Positions 17,457 through 26,698 of a stretch of DNA of 64,000 bases are shown piece by piece. Each line of letters opens with the position of its first letter. Within the stretch, counting starts at the first letter, position 1. A model generated the notes under the pieces. That model made no database searches, was not told the DNA's origin, and worked only from the letters and a program-made list of their open reading frames with translations. The stretch lies in contig JAIFWN010000001.1 in NCBI GenBank assembly GCA_019658995.1, positions 20,852-84,851 of the forward strand, in the 5' to 3' direction. This stretch comes from Candidatus Parcubacteria bacterium. GTDB taxonomy: Bacteria; Patescibacteriota; Minisyncoccia; Phycocordibacterales; Zambryskibacteraceae. The position numbers and the translations under genes were made by a program.

Positions 17457-19527
17457 GAGGCCATGACTCGACCATTAGAATGCTTTTACCGTCATGCATT
17501 TCCTGCCAGATCTCTTCGGTGATGAATGGCATAAATGGATGCAAGAGTTTGAGCGATTGCTCAAGTATATAGTATAGAGTAGATCCGTAATCGTTCTTAC
17601 CCTTGCTCTCCTCGATTATCTCATCGGCGAATCGGTGCCAGACGTAGTGGTAGACCTTCTCGGCCGCGATATAGAATCTGAAGTTGTCCATGTCGTTCGT
17701 GATATCCCTGGACAGCGCTTCGAGCTCCTCTTTGAGGTCGGTCTTAATCTCGCCAGCGGGCTCTTTGTCGAGCACGTAACGAGCGATGTTCCAGACCTTG
17801 TTGGCAAAATTTTTATAAGCCTTGATCTTATCGGGTGAGAGTGAAAGGGATGTGCCCGGGGTATTGCCGACGACCAAGGCGATTCTCAGGGCATCGGTGC
17901 CAAATTGCTCCGTAAGTACCATGGGATCGATAACATTACCTTTGGATTTGCTCATCTTCTGACCTTTGGCGTCCAGGACCAGGCCGTGGAGATATACGGT
18001 GCTGAAAGGGATCTTGTCGGTAGCGTAGAGTCCGAGCATTATCATTCTGGCTACCCAGAAGAAGATAATCTCACCGGCAGTTTCCATTATATCCGTAGGG
18101 TAGAAAGTTTCGAAATCCTTGTCACCGAGAGACTGGAGCGTAGCATATGGCCACTGCCCGGAAGAGAACCAGGTGTCAAATGTGTCAGGATCTTTATGCA
18201 CGCCCGATCCGCAATCTGGACACTTTGTTACCGTATCATCAAGATCAACCGTGCCGTGGCCGTGGTCATCGCAGATCTTGGCCGGTATGGGTATGCCCCA
18301 GACTATCTGGCGCGAGATGTTCCAGTCATTGATGTTCTCGAGCCAGTGGACGGTAATCTTCCTGTAGTGCTCGGGTATATAGGTGATGCTTCCGGCGTCT
18401 ATTTCCTTAAGAGCTCTCTCTGCCAGAGGCTTCATACGGACGAACCACTGGGCTTTTATCTGCGGCTCGATGACAGTACCGCATTTGTAGCAGGTTTTTA
18501 CAACATGTTTGTAAGCAGAGTCGATCTTCTCCACCAGGCCCTTGGACTGAAGTTTTTCTACAATCTTAGGCCGCGCTTCCTGTATCTTCATACCTGCAAA
18601 TTCTTCGGCTATGGGCAGGAGCTTGCCGTCCTCGCCTATTATCTGCTCTTTCTCGAGTCTGTGCCGTTCGGCGATCTCGAAGTCGGCCTGGTCGTGCCAT
18701 GGGGTGATGGTCATCACTCCGGTACCGAACTCCATGTCTATGGCCTCATCCTTGATGATCGTTGCCGTAATAGGCCCGTTGATCCATTCCAGGTCAATTT
18801 TTTGCCCATGTTCATACTCTTTGTATCTATCATCGGACGGATGCATGACAATGTATTTATCCCCGAACTTGGTCTCCGGCCGAGCGGTCGCGATAGTGAA
18901 TGGTCCATACTTGAGGTAGTAAAGCTTATCTGTCCTATCCTCGTCCTTGATTTCCAAGTCGGAAAAAGAGGTGCGGTGCTTGGGACACCAATTGACGATT
19001 CTGGCGCCCCTATACAAGAGTTCGTCCCTGGACAGGTCCTCAAATGTCCTGTAGACGATTTTGACGATATCCGGATCCAGAGTGAACTTCTCCCTAGACC
19101 AGTCGCAGGAAGCGCCCATCTTCTTTATCTGGGATCTGATATTCTTGGAATTTTCCAGGGTGAACTCAAGTATTTCTTTATACAGATCATCCCGGCTCAG
19201 GTCGAAACGCGAGCGACCCTCCTTCTCGAGCTTCTTTTCGAAAACCACCTGAGTCTCGAAGCCCGCGTGGTCGAGGCCGGGAAGCCACAAGGCTTTCTTT
19301 CCCCGCATGCGGTTGTAGCGGGTCATAATATCCTCGATAGTCATTACCAGAGCGTGGCCTGCGTGAAGCAATCCGTTGGCATTTGTCGGGGGCATAATTA
19401 TGCTGAACTTCTCCTTTCTCTCTCCTGGCAGGTTGTCCGGATTGAAATATCCGCTATCTTCCCAAATGCGATATATCTTTGACTCCGTGTCAATCGGATT
19501 ATACGGTTTAAGAAATTTATCTTTCAT
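17449..19527 (-). CDS. valS: Valyl-tRNA synthetase, short form (692 aa) lacking the C-terminal coiled-coil extension.
   Basis: PPTNANGLLHAGHAL (HIGH), LWLPGLDHAGFETQ and KMSKSKGNVIDP (KMSKS) are present, followed by a GTDALRIAL-type anticodon-binding region. Confidence 0.85.
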   Translation of the reverse strand: MKDKFLKPYNPIDTESKIYRIWEDSGYFNPDNLPGERKEKFSIIMPPTNANGLLHAGHALVMTIEDIMTRYNRMRGKKALWLPGLDHAGFETQVVFEKKLEKEGRSRFDLSRDDLYKEILEFTLENSKNIRSQIKKMGASCDWSREKFTLDPDIVKIVYRTFEDLSRDELLYRGARIVNWCPKHRTSFSDLEIKDEDRTDKLYYLKYGPFTIATARPETKFGDKYIVMHPSDDRYKEYEHGQKIDLEWINGPITATIIKDEAIDMEFGTGVMTITPWHDQADFEIAERHRLEKEQIIGEDGKLLPIAEEFAGMKIQEARPKIVEKLQSKGLVEKIDSAYKHVVKTCYKCGTVIEPQIKAQWFVRMKPLAERALKEIDAGSITYIPEHYRKITVHWLENINDWNISRQIVWGIPIPAKICDDHGHGTVDLDDTVTKCPDCGSGVHKDPDTFDTWFSSGQWPYATLQSLGDKDFETFYPTDIMETAGEIIFFWVARMIMLGLYATDKIPFSTVYLHGLVLDAKGQKMSKSKGNVIDPMVLTEQFGTDALRIALVVGNTPGTSLSLSPDKIKAYKNFANKVWNIARYVLDKEPAGEIKTDLKEELEALSRDITNDMDNFRFYIAAEKVYHYVWHRFADEIIEESKGKNDYGSTLYYILEQSLKLLHPFMPFITEEIWQEMHDGKSILMVESWPHE

Positions 19528-19560
19528 GCGTCTTACATACTAGCACGATAGGTGCGCCGT

Positions 19561-19664
19561 TCTTGTAAAGGACATAAATAACCTAAGAGACATAATGGAC
19601 ATAATTGAACAAGAATATGTCCTTTATGATATTTCTTGACTATTATGTTTCAAGAACGTAGGGT
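19561..19664 (+). promoter_or_regulatory. Divergent regulatory region between valS and the repeat-protein gene.
   Basis: Read directly. A 10-bp perfect inverted repeat, taaaggacat (19566-19575) and atgtccttta (19617-19626), is present. GACATAA occurs three times (19571, 19589, 19598). A TTGACT (19636-41), 17-nt spacer, TAGGGT (19659-64) promoter-like motif precedes the 19686 gene. Confidence 0.4.
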
Positions 19665-19685
19665 GGCAACACCCGCAATTCCGAA

Positions 19686-21935
19686 ATGAAAGCAATACGT
19701 ACGAATATTCCTAAAAGAATGACGACCATCCTCATGGCGATTGTTGTTATTTGTACCAGTATACCTTTTTCCGCTTTTGCCGCGCTTTCCGTGGATCTCA
19801 AGGCAAATGGCCAAGATTCGCTTACTCTTGCAAACTCAACTTCTTCTTTTGATATAACCCTTAACCAGACCGACGCAGTAAGCTGTCAAATTACCGGGCC
19901 TGGCGGTTTGTCTTCGGGCTTTGCCATAGGCTCGACGATGACTATTGCGCCCGGGAGTCCATCCTATCCAGCAGCCGGAGGAAGCAGTACTTTCACTATC
20001 GGATGTCTGGATGCCGGAGGCGCGTCATTAACCGACAGTGTGACTGTGAATGCACCGGCCGCTCCCGCCGCGGCCCCAACTATAGACTTGAAGGCTAATG
20101 GATCTGACGGTCCGGTTACTGTTACCTCAGGAAGCGCTTATACATACACCTGGACATCATCTAATGCCACAGCTTGCCAGACTTCTTCTCCTGTTACTTC
20201 CGGTGTTACTCTGGCGGGAAGCGGTACCGTCAATCCCGGTGATCCTTTCTATCCGGCAGTAGGTTCTCCGGTAACCATCACTATTACCTGCACCAATGGC
20301 TCGCAGAATGCCACTGACTCTGTGGTAATCAACCTTAGTCCCGGCGGCGGAGGCGGCGGATCAACCCCGACTATAGATGTGAAGGCCAACGGTCAGGACG
20401 GCACCGTCACCGTCACAAGCGGTTCGAGCTACACCTATACCTGGGTCTCTGGCAATGCCACAGCCTGCCAGATGAGCTCTCCGGTAACTTCCGGCGTATC
20501 TTTGTCAGGTAGCGGCGTTGTAAACCCGGGAGACCCGTTTTATCCAAGTATCGGAAACCCGGTAACCATCACCATTACCTGTACTGACGGAACCCAAAAT
20601 GCCACCGACTCGGTGATAGTTCAGCTTACACCGGGCGGAGGAGGCGGCGGTTCGCCGACTGTGGATGTAAAGGCTAATGGATCGGATGGTCCGGTAGTGC
20701 TCCAAGTAGGCCAGACGTATGTTTATACCTGGGTCTCTGGCAATGCCACAGCCTGCCAGATGAGCTCTCCGGTAACTTCCGGAGTAGCCTTAAGCGGTAC
20801 GAGCGTCACCATAGACTCTTCCAATACGGCATTTTATCCGACCCTAAGTGCGCCGGTAACCATCACTATTACCTGCACCAACGGCTCGCAGAATGCCACC
20901 GACTCTGTGGTAATACAGCTTGTAAACAATGGAGGCGGAGGTGGTGGGGGTGGTGGGGGAGGAAGCAGCAGTTCGAGCGGCAGGGGATCGGTTCTTCCTG
21001 GTGCCATCAGCGCTGAGTGTCCGTGGATTCATGACTACATGAGGATCGATTTCAATAATGACCCTATAGAAGTGGCCAAACTTCAGGCTTTTCTCAAGGT
21101 CTTCATGGGTTATGACTATGTGACGGTTAACGGCGTCTTCGATCAGGCAACCTGGACGGCTGTTGGCGCCTTCCAGATGGCTTACCGTGACGAGATTCTT
21201 ACGCCATGGGGCCATACAGCACCCACACACTATGTCTACATTTTGACCTTGAAGAAGGTCAACGAGATCTTCTGCCAGCAGATAATTCCACTGACACCCG
21301 ACCAGCAAAATGAAATCGTTGCCTTCAGGAACTTGATCAATATAGGTCCTGCAAGAAGCTCAGGTCAGAGCGGCTTTTATAGTAAGGAGGGCTTCATATC
21401 CAAAGAAGGCTACATTTCAGGTGATGGAAGCGGCCTGGGAACAGCCTCGTCTACCACTACGGTGATACCGCAGACCTCGACGACCACCGTACCGGTCGAA
21501 GTACCCATAACCGGTAATAAAGGACAAATATCCACAGGCTTAGCAGCAGCACTGTTTACCTTCCCGGATAATCTAAAGGACAATATGCTATGCCTGTTCG
21601 AGTTCGCGCTAATACTAATTGTCTTATATATACTGGGAAGTGTCCTTAAAGATGTCCTTTATAGCGACTTGCCCGAGAATGCCGTCAAGCGCTTCCTTGC
21701 CAAGTGGATAACCATATCTCTCGGCCTTCTCTTAACACTCATCGGTGCATATCTTCTTAAGGAGTTCTGCCTCCTGCTGCCAACTCTGATTGCACTTGTG
21801 GCATCACTTCTCTGGATGTCTTTCTATCCTAAGCACGATTCCATGAGGAGCACTACCAAGTCCTGGACAACCTGGAACAAGGGCCCTGCGGGCGCTACGG
21901 TAGTTGATAAAAAGGAGGAGAGGAAAGCCGCCTAG
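19686..21935 (+). CDS. Secreted tandem-repeat protein (749 aa) with an N-terminal signal peptide, four ~97-aa Ig-like repeats, a poly-Gly/Ser linker, a globular domain, and C-terminal TM helices.
   Basis: The signal peptide is MTTILMAIVVICTSIPFSAFA. The repeats read (I/V)D(L/V)KANG(S/Q)DG.V.V.SG..Y.YTW.S.NATACQ.SSPVTSGV.L.G...PVTITITCT(N/D)G(S/T)QNATDSV, each ending in G5-11. C-terminal TM helices follow. Confidence 0.6.
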   Translation: MKAIRTNIPKRMTTILMAIVVICTSIPFSAFAALSVDLKANGQDSLTLANSTSSFDITLNQTDAVSCQITGPGGLSSGFAIGSTMTIAPGSPSYPAAGGSSTFTIGCLDAGGASLTDSVTVNAPAAPAAAPTIDLKANGSDGPVTVTSGSAYTYTWTSSNATACQTSSPVTSGVTLAGSGTVNPGDPFYPAVGSPVTITITCTNGSQNATDSVVINLSPGGGGGGSTPTIDVKANGQDGTVTVTSGSSYTYTWVSGNATACQMSSPVTSGVSLSGSGVVNPGDPFYPSIGNPVTITITCTDGTQNATDSVIVQLTPGGGGGGSPTVDVKANGSDGPVVLQVGQTYVYTWVSGNATACQMSSPVTSGVALSGTSVTIDSSNTAFYPTLSAPVTITITCTNGSQNATDSVVIQLVNNGGGGGGGGGGGSSSSSGRGSVLPGAISAECPWIHDYMRIDFNNDPIEVAKLQAFLKVFMGYDYVTVNGVFDQATWTAVGAFQMAYRDEILTPWGHTAPTHYVYILTLKKVNEIFCQQIIPLTPDQQNEIVAFRNLINIGPARSSGQSGFYSKEGFISKEGYISGDGSGLGTASSTTTVIPQTSTTTVPVEVPITGNKGQISTGLAAALFTFPDNLKDNMLCLFEFALILIVLYILGSVLKDVLYSDLPENAVKRFLAKWITISLGLLLTLIGAYLLKEFCLLLPTLIALVASLLWMSFYPKHDSMRSTTKSWTTWNKGPAGATVVDKKEERKAA
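20083..20950 (+). repeat. Three near-identical ~290-bp tandem DNA repeats within the 19686-21935 gene, plus one degenerate upstream copy starting near 19790.
   Basis: The units begin at about 20083, 20374 and 20662 and are nearly identical at the protein level. The G-rich linker ggaggcggaggtggtgggggtggtggggga lies at 20929-20960. Confidence 0.7.
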
Positions 21936-22963
21936 AGATCGAGATTGCCTCTGGCTACTATCTCGTCCGGGGACTCGGCGCGGTTCGTAAGCAATCTCAC
22001 ATATGCGGCAATGCCGATCATGATGGCGTTATCAGTCGTAAGGCTCTGTATAGGCAGACGAAAATCCAGGGAGAGCTCGTCTGCGAGAGCTTGAAGATTC
22101 TTTCTCAGGAGTTTGTTGGCCGCTACGCCCCCTCCGACAATGAGAGTCTTGGCACCGTGTAGGTTCGCGGCTGCTCTGGTCTTCTCCACAAGGGGTTCGA
22201 TGGCCGCATCCTCGAAGGCTTCTGCCAAGGACTCTTTGGTTTTCAAATCAAGTTCGCCGAGCTTTCTTGTAGTATAGAGTACCGAAGTCTTGAGGCCGGA
22301 GTACGAGAAGTTCAAATCTCCGGATTTAATCATGGGCCTTGGAAAATGGAATGCCGGAACACCCCCTCTGTTTCTGGAGATTTCCGCAAGTTCCGAAATC
22401 TTCGGGCCGCCGGGGTAGGGAAGACCGAGGAGGCGGGCAGTCTTATCGAAGGCTTCGCCCACAGCATCGTCGCGGGTGCGGCCTATGATCTTATATTTGT
22501 CGAAGTCCTCTACATGTACGAGCTCGGTATGGCCTCCTGATACGAGGAGAGCTATGGCGGGGAACTCGATTGGTTTACTTTGTTCAAACATGTATGAAAA
22601 CAGGTGACCTTCCATATGGTTTACCGGTATCACTCTCTTGCCCCATTTTTTCCCAAGTTCTTTGGCAAACTCGATGCCGGTCCAGAGTGCCGGTTCGAGG
22701 CCGGGACCTGAGGTGACTGCAATGTAATCCACATCCGAATTGTCAGCTTCCTGCATGGTTTTGGGAAGTAAAATAGGCAGATTCTTGATATGTTCGCGCT
22801 TGGCGAGCATCGGATAGACTCCGCCGTACTCCTTATGTATATGTATCTGAGACATTAAAGAGTTTCCGAGCACCTTGAACTCAGGCACTGGCAGTGTGCC
22901 ACTACACTCGAGCACGGCCACAGCCGTCTCATCACAGGATGTTTCTATAGCTAGTATTCTCAA
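21932..22963 (-). CDS. tsaD: tRNA N6-adenosine threonylcarbamoyltransferase TsaD (Kae1/Gcp), with a TTG start.
   Basis: (M)RILAIETSCDETAVAV... matches the Gcp-like family over its full length. The first codon is TTG. Confidence 0.9.
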   Translation of the reverse strand: MRILAIETSCDETAVAVLECSGTLPVPEFKVLGNSLMSQIHIHKEYGGVYPMLAKREHIKNLPILLPKTMQEADNSDVDYIAVTSGPGLEPALWTGIEFAKELGKKWGKRVIPVNHMEGHLFSYMFEQSKPIEFPAIALLVSGGHTELVHVEDFDKYKIIGRTRDDAVGEAFDKTARLLGLPYPGGPKISELAEISRNRGGVPAFHFPRPMIKSGDLNFSYSGLKTSVLYTTRKLGELDLKTKESLAEAFEDAAIEPLVEKTRAAANLHGAKTLIVGGGVAANKLLRKNLQALADELSLDFRLPIQSLTTDNAIMIGIAAYVRLLTNRAESPDEIVARGNLDL

Positions 22964-22964
22964 G

Positions 22965-23037
22965 TGCGCGATAGAGGACTCGAACCTCTGACCCTCCCCA
23001 CGTCAAGGGGATGCTCTACCAACTGAGCTAACCGCGC
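22965..23037 (-). tRNA. tRNA-Val (anticodon GAC).
   Basis: Acceptor GCGCGGU/AUCGCGC, anticodon stem UCCCC/GGGGA with loop UUGACGU, T arm CAGAG-GUUCGAGU-CCUCU. Confidence 0.85.
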
Positions 23038-23062
23038 AATGCCCCGCCGAAGCGGAGACCCA

Positions 23063-23134
23063 TGACCCTACAGGGAGTCGAACCCTGCTTCCAAGCTTGA
23101 AAAGCTTGTGTCCTAACCGATAGACGATAGGGCC
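23063..23134 (-). tRNA. tRNA-Glu (anticodon UUC).
   Basis: Acceptor GGCCCUA/UAGGGUC, anticodon stem CAAGC/GCUUG with loop UUUUCAA, T arm GCAGG-GUUCGACU-CCCUG. Confidence 0.85.
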
Positions 23135-23188
23135 AGAAACAAGCGTTATATTAACATTTTTCGGTCAAAATGGTATAGTTTTGGCCTT

Positions 23189-23275
23189 GGAAGAGTGGCT
23201 GAGTGGTTTAAGGCACTGGTTTCGAAAACCAGCGTAGGGGAAACCTTACCGTGAGTTCAAATCTCACCTCTTCCG
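23189..23275 (+). tRNA. tRNA-Ser (anticodon CGA), with a long variable arm.
   Basis: Acceptor GGAAGAG/CUCUUCC-G, anticodon stem CUGGU/ACCAG with loop UUCGAAA, variable arm GUAGGGGAAACCUUACC, T arm GUGAG-UUCAAAU-CUCAC. Confidence 0.85.
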
Positions 23276-23423
23276 CTGTCTGTAACGCTTTGGTTGAGTA
23301 AGTAGAGTTCGCGCCGAACGTCATATTTGCAGGGGCTTGTACAGCTCTTTACACATGTTGTCTGAAGTGGTAATATCCCGCTCAGACTGAAGTTCATAAA
23401 CAACCATAACAGCGAGGATTCCG

Positions 23424-24374
23424 ATGCGAATTCGTTTGGCAGTGGCAGTACTCGCCGCCCTCGCCTCGGTCTCCGAGGCGCAGGGTTTTGCAGAAGGAGC
23501 TCCATTGGTCTTTTCCGGCCCGATAACCAAAGCGAGATTCGCCAAGGCTATCCAGGACTGCGACAAGGCGGTCCTTCGTCCATCTTGCTCCGCCGTCATT
23601 CAGAAGTTCGAGGAGGTCCAGAAGATCCAATTCACCGAAGGGTCGAACAAGCAGGTCCAGCTTGCAGACTATGTAAGAAGTCTGAGCGACCGGCCATGTC
23701 CGACCGGGGCGAAGTTCAAGACAACTGAGTGGGTTCCTGGATCAGGTGGCCAGCCGGGCAGCCTGATCATCGGTTACGGCGACTGGGGTTGCACCGGATC
23801 CAGGGAAATCTTCCTCTGGGATGGTGACAAACCTGTCTTCTCGCTTGCCGATGGGCACATGATTCTCGATTACAGGGCGCCGCAAGTTGCGCGCGTGGCG
23901 CAATCAGGGAGAGGTCTTGCCCGGGCTGCGGCTGATACGGACACTACGAGAAGGGTCAGGCCGTCTGAAGCGAGTTCTGTTATCATAAAGGATCGCCAGG
24001 AAGCTCCGCCGAGGATTACACAAAGTCCGCCCGGTTTAAACTGCTGGGATCTGAACGGTAACGGCATGGCCGATCTCCTGAGCGAGGACACCGACGGCAA
24101 CGGAGTAATCAATGTCTCCGACTGCCGCGGAAAAGATGGTCAGCCGGGCCTTCCGGGACCGTCGGGTCGAGTCGTAAAAAAGGGCTTTCCGATCTGGCGC
24201 ACTTTGGGGGGAATCGTACTGGGTGTTGCCGGGGGTGCTCTGGTTTGTCATAACAACCCGGGTTACGCCGGCATCTGTCCGGAGAAGCGCGAACCCGGCA
24301 ACATCGACATCGGCATCGATATCGACAATCATAACGGTGTGACCACTGCGGGTTTCAGGTGGCGGGTGCCTTAG
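23424..24374 (+). CDS. Secreted hypothetical protein (316 aa), GC-rich, with dockerin/EF-hand-like Ca-binding repeats and a short collagen-like Gly-x-y run.
   Basis: The signal peptide is MRIRLAVAVLAALASVSEAQG. The Ca-binding-like repeats are DLNGNGMADLLSEDTDGNGVINVSD. The Gly-x-y run is GKDGQPGLPGPSG. GC content is visibly higher than in neighbouring housekeeping genes. Confidence 0.45.
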   Translation: MRIRLAVAVLAALASVSEAQGFAEGAPLVFSGPITKARFAKAIQDCDKAVLRPSCSAVIQKFEEVQKIQFTEGSNKQVQLADYVRSLSDRPCPTGAKFKTTEWVPGSGGQPGSLIIGYGDWGCTGSREIFLWDGDKPVFSLADGHMILDYRAPQVARVAQSGRGLARAAADTDTTRRVRPSEASSVIIKDRQEAPPRITQSPPGLNCWDLNGNGMADLLSEDTDGNGVINVSDCRGKDGQPGLPGPSGRVVKKGFPIWRTLGGIVLGVAGGALVCHNNPGYAGICPEKREPGNIDIGIDIDNHNGVTTAGFRWRVP

Positions 24375-24386
24375 CACTCGCCATTT

Positions 24387-25310
24387 TTATTTGCCGGTGT
24401 GTACGTATAGATAAATATCTTCGAGGGCACGCACAGCATCGCCGGCGGCAATATTGTTCTGATGATAGAGGACATCGGTAACATCACCTGCGGCCCATAT
24501 GCCGGGCACTTCTGTGCGCTGGGTGTGCGGATCAATGATGATCTGTTTGTTGTCGTTAAGCGGTATGGTGTTCTCGACGAAGCTGGTGGCCGGTATGAGT
24601 CCTATCTCGACGAAGACTCCCGCCGCCGGAAGCTCGTGGTCGGTACCGGTAGCAGTGTCTGTATATATAATGGAGCTCGCGAATTTATCACCCCTGACCT
24701 CTCGGATCTCGGCATTGAGTACACCTTTCATATTGCGGTGCGCCAGAACCTTATCTACGGTCATCTCGTCGGCTTTGAAAGTGCTTCCGCGGTGAAGGAG
24801 TGTGACCGACTTGGCATACGCCAGAAGCTGGGCGGCCGTCTCGAATCCAGCATTGCCTCCGCCCACAACTGCCACATCCTGACCGCTGAATAGAGGACCA
24901 TCGCAGGAGGCGCAGTAAGTGATACCTTTGTTTTCAAATTCTTTGGCACCGGGCACTTCAAGCTTTCTTCTGGATGAGCCGCTAGTTATGAGTACGGTCT
25001 TGGAGTTATAGACTTCATCTCCGGCAGTAACGGCGAATCCGCCCTCACCCCTCGCGATCTTAGTAGCTCTTATACCTGTCTTAATATCTACTGAACCGTC
25101 TGCATAAGCTCGCAGGTGCGCTTCAAGAGCTTTGGCCAGATCCGGGCCTGAGATATTCACCGTGCCGATCCAGTTTTCGATACCCATGGAGTCTATGGAT
25201 TGTCCGCCGAAAGATTCCGTAACGAGCAAGGTTTTGAGCTTTTTTCTGGCCGCGTACACTCCTGCCGCCACTCCTGCCGGGCCTCCGCCGATGATGATCA
25301 GATCGTACAT
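24387..25310 (-). CDS. trxB: Thioredoxin-disulfide reductase.
   Basis: MYDLIIIGGGPAGVAAGVYAARK (FAD Rossmann), the CASCDG redox motif and GGGNAGFETA (NADPH site) are present. The ORF extends to 25346, but the Rossmann-proximal Met at 25310 is preferred as the start. Confidence 0.85.
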   Translation of the reverse strand: MYDLIIIGGGPAGVAAGVYAARKKLKTLLVTESFGGQSIDSMGIENWIGTVNISGPDLAKALEAHLRAYADGSVDIKTGIRATKIARGEGGFAVTAGDEVYNSKTVLITSGSSRRKLEVPGAKEFENKGITYCASCDGPLFSGQDVAVVGGGNAGFETAAQLLAYAKSVTLLHRGSTFKADEMTVDKVLAHRNMKGVLNAEIREVRGDKFASSIIYTDTATGTDHELPAAGVFVEIGLIPATSFVENTIPLNDNKQIIIDPHTQRTEVPGIWAAGDVTDVLYHQNNIAAGDAVRALEDIYLYVHTGK

Positions 25311-25376
25311 GTTGGATAACAATATCAGAAACCTCTGTAAAAACAAAAAAGCCCCGAGAGGCTTTTTTGTTTTTGA

Positions 25377-26552
25377 TTATTTCAGTTTCGATCTCCTGAG
25401 GAAGGATGGCACCGCGCCCCAGTCATCTTCGTCATCCACGGCAACCGGTTCGGGTTTCTTGACGATCACAGGAGCTTCTTCAGCAGGCTTCTCTACTTTG
25501 GGAGAAGAGGTGAAGCTGCCGAAGATCTTATTCTTATTCTTTTCTTCCTCCGAATCTCTGTTGAATAGGGAAGAGGAGACAACTCTTTTCTGCTGGTTTT
25601 CGGGGAAGCTTGAAGCGATGACGGTAATCTTAACCTCGCCCTTTTTAAGCTTGTCGTCGTGGACGGTACCGAAGATGATCTTGGCATTCGGATCTACTGA
25701 TTCTGTAATGATCTTGGCGGCATCCTGGATCTCAAACATAGTGAGGTCGTCGTGACCGGCGATAGAGAAGAGCACGCCCTTGGCTCCGTTGATGGATATC
25801 TCAAGGAGAGGCGAGGAGATGGCTGCGCGAGCCGCATCTTCTGCACGCTTGTCGCCCTGGCCCGTGCCTATGCCCATGAGCGCTGCTCCCGCATCCTGCA
25901 TGACCGCTCGTATATCGGCGAAGTCGATGTTGATAATGCCCGGCATGGTGATGAGGTCTGAGATGCCCTCGACAGCCTCCTTAAGTATGTTGTCACAGAT
26001 GGCAAAGGCGTTCTTGGCGGTTGTCTCCTTGTCGATAGTAGCGAGGAGCCGGTCGTTGGGGATGATAATGATGGCGTCGACAGCACTCTTCAGCTCTTCG
26101 ATGGCGGCTTCGGCGATTTTCATGCGCTGGACGCCTTCAAAATAGAATGGTTTAGTCACAACTGCCACTGTCAGGATTCCGTTTTCCTTGGCTGTCCGGC
26201 AGATTACTGGAGCGGCTCCGGAGCCGGTGCCGCCGCCCATACCGCATGCCACGAAGAGCATGTCGGAACCTTTGATAGCTTCCTGAATTTCTTCCTTTGT
26301 TTCTTCGACAGCCCGCTTTCCGAGTGCCGGATCCATTCCCGCTCCGAGGCCGCGGGTAAGGTTCTTGCCTATGTGGACCTTCTTTTTTGCCAGCGATTTA
26401 TGGAGATCCTGAGCATCGGTATTGACCGCGATGAAGTCAACGCCGCGGACCTTGGAGTTGATCATGTTGTTCACGGCATTGCCGCCGGAGCCTCCGACAC
26501 CTACGACCTTGATGCGTGCGAACGATTCTATATCAGGTTTGACTTGTGGCAT
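25377..26552 (-). CDS. ftsZ: Cell division protein FtsZ.
   Basis: [17 protein letters not shown]...[12 protein letters not shown] (tubulin signature) and the T7 loop are present. Confidence 0.95.
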   Translation of the reverse strand: MPQVKPDIESFARIKVVGVGGSGGNAVNNMINSKVRGVDFIAVNTDAQDLHKSLAKKKVHIGKNLTRGLGAGMDPALGKRAVEETKEEIQEAIKGSDMLFVACGMGGGTGSGAAPVICRTAKENGILTVAVVTKPFYFEGVQRMKIAEAAIEELKSAVDAIIIIPNDRLLATIDKETTAKNAFAICDNILKEAVEGISDLITMPGIINIDFADIRAVMQDAGAALMGIGTGQGDKRAEDAARAAISSPLLEISINGAKGVLFSIAGHDDLTMFEIQDAAKIITESVDPNAKIIFGTVHDDKLKKGEVKITVIASSFPENQQKRVVSSSLFNRDSEEEKNKNKIFGSFTSSPKVEKPAEEAPVIVKKPEPVAVDDEDDWGAVPSFLRRSKLK

Positions 26553-26660
26553 AAGTATGTTTTATTCAGAAAGTGTCCTCCGTAATTTGAGGTGTGCACA
26601 TAGTACACGAGCTCGTTTAAAAAAGAAACAGTTGACACAAGGTTTAAACGGGTTTTCTTT

Positions 26661-26698
26661 TCCCCATAGAAAAAGGCCGGACAAAGTATGTCCGACCT
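26661..26698 (-). terminator. Rho-independent terminator (minus strand) for the 26697-27140 gene; it overlaps the stop codon.
   Basis: The stem aggccggaca/tgtccgacct (26674-26698) has a loop aagta. It is followed on the minus strand by uuuucu. Confidence 0.55.

Noticed and set aside
17905-19482. 525-aa plus-strand ORF
   Set aside because: It is entirely antisense to valS, whose translation carries the HIGH, KMSKS and ValRS-specific motifs. The antisense ORF has low-complexity, Leu/Gly/Val-rich composition typical of a shadow frame.
20929-20990. G-rich (ggn) short repeats, checked as a possible CRISPR or homopolymer switch
   Set aside because: This is a coding poly-Gly/Ser linker inside an ORF. 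There are no spacer/repeat periodicity and no cas genes; no CRISPR array exists in the window.
25132-25755. 207-aa plus-strand ORF
   Set aside because: It spans the trxB 5' end and the ftsZ 3' end on the opposite strand, and both real genes are well supported.
26553-26660. ftsZ promoter call
   Set aside because: Candidate hexamers (TTGTGT / TACTAT) are weak and ambiguous, and the GGAGGA lies 25 nt from the ATG. There is not enough support to list it as a feature.
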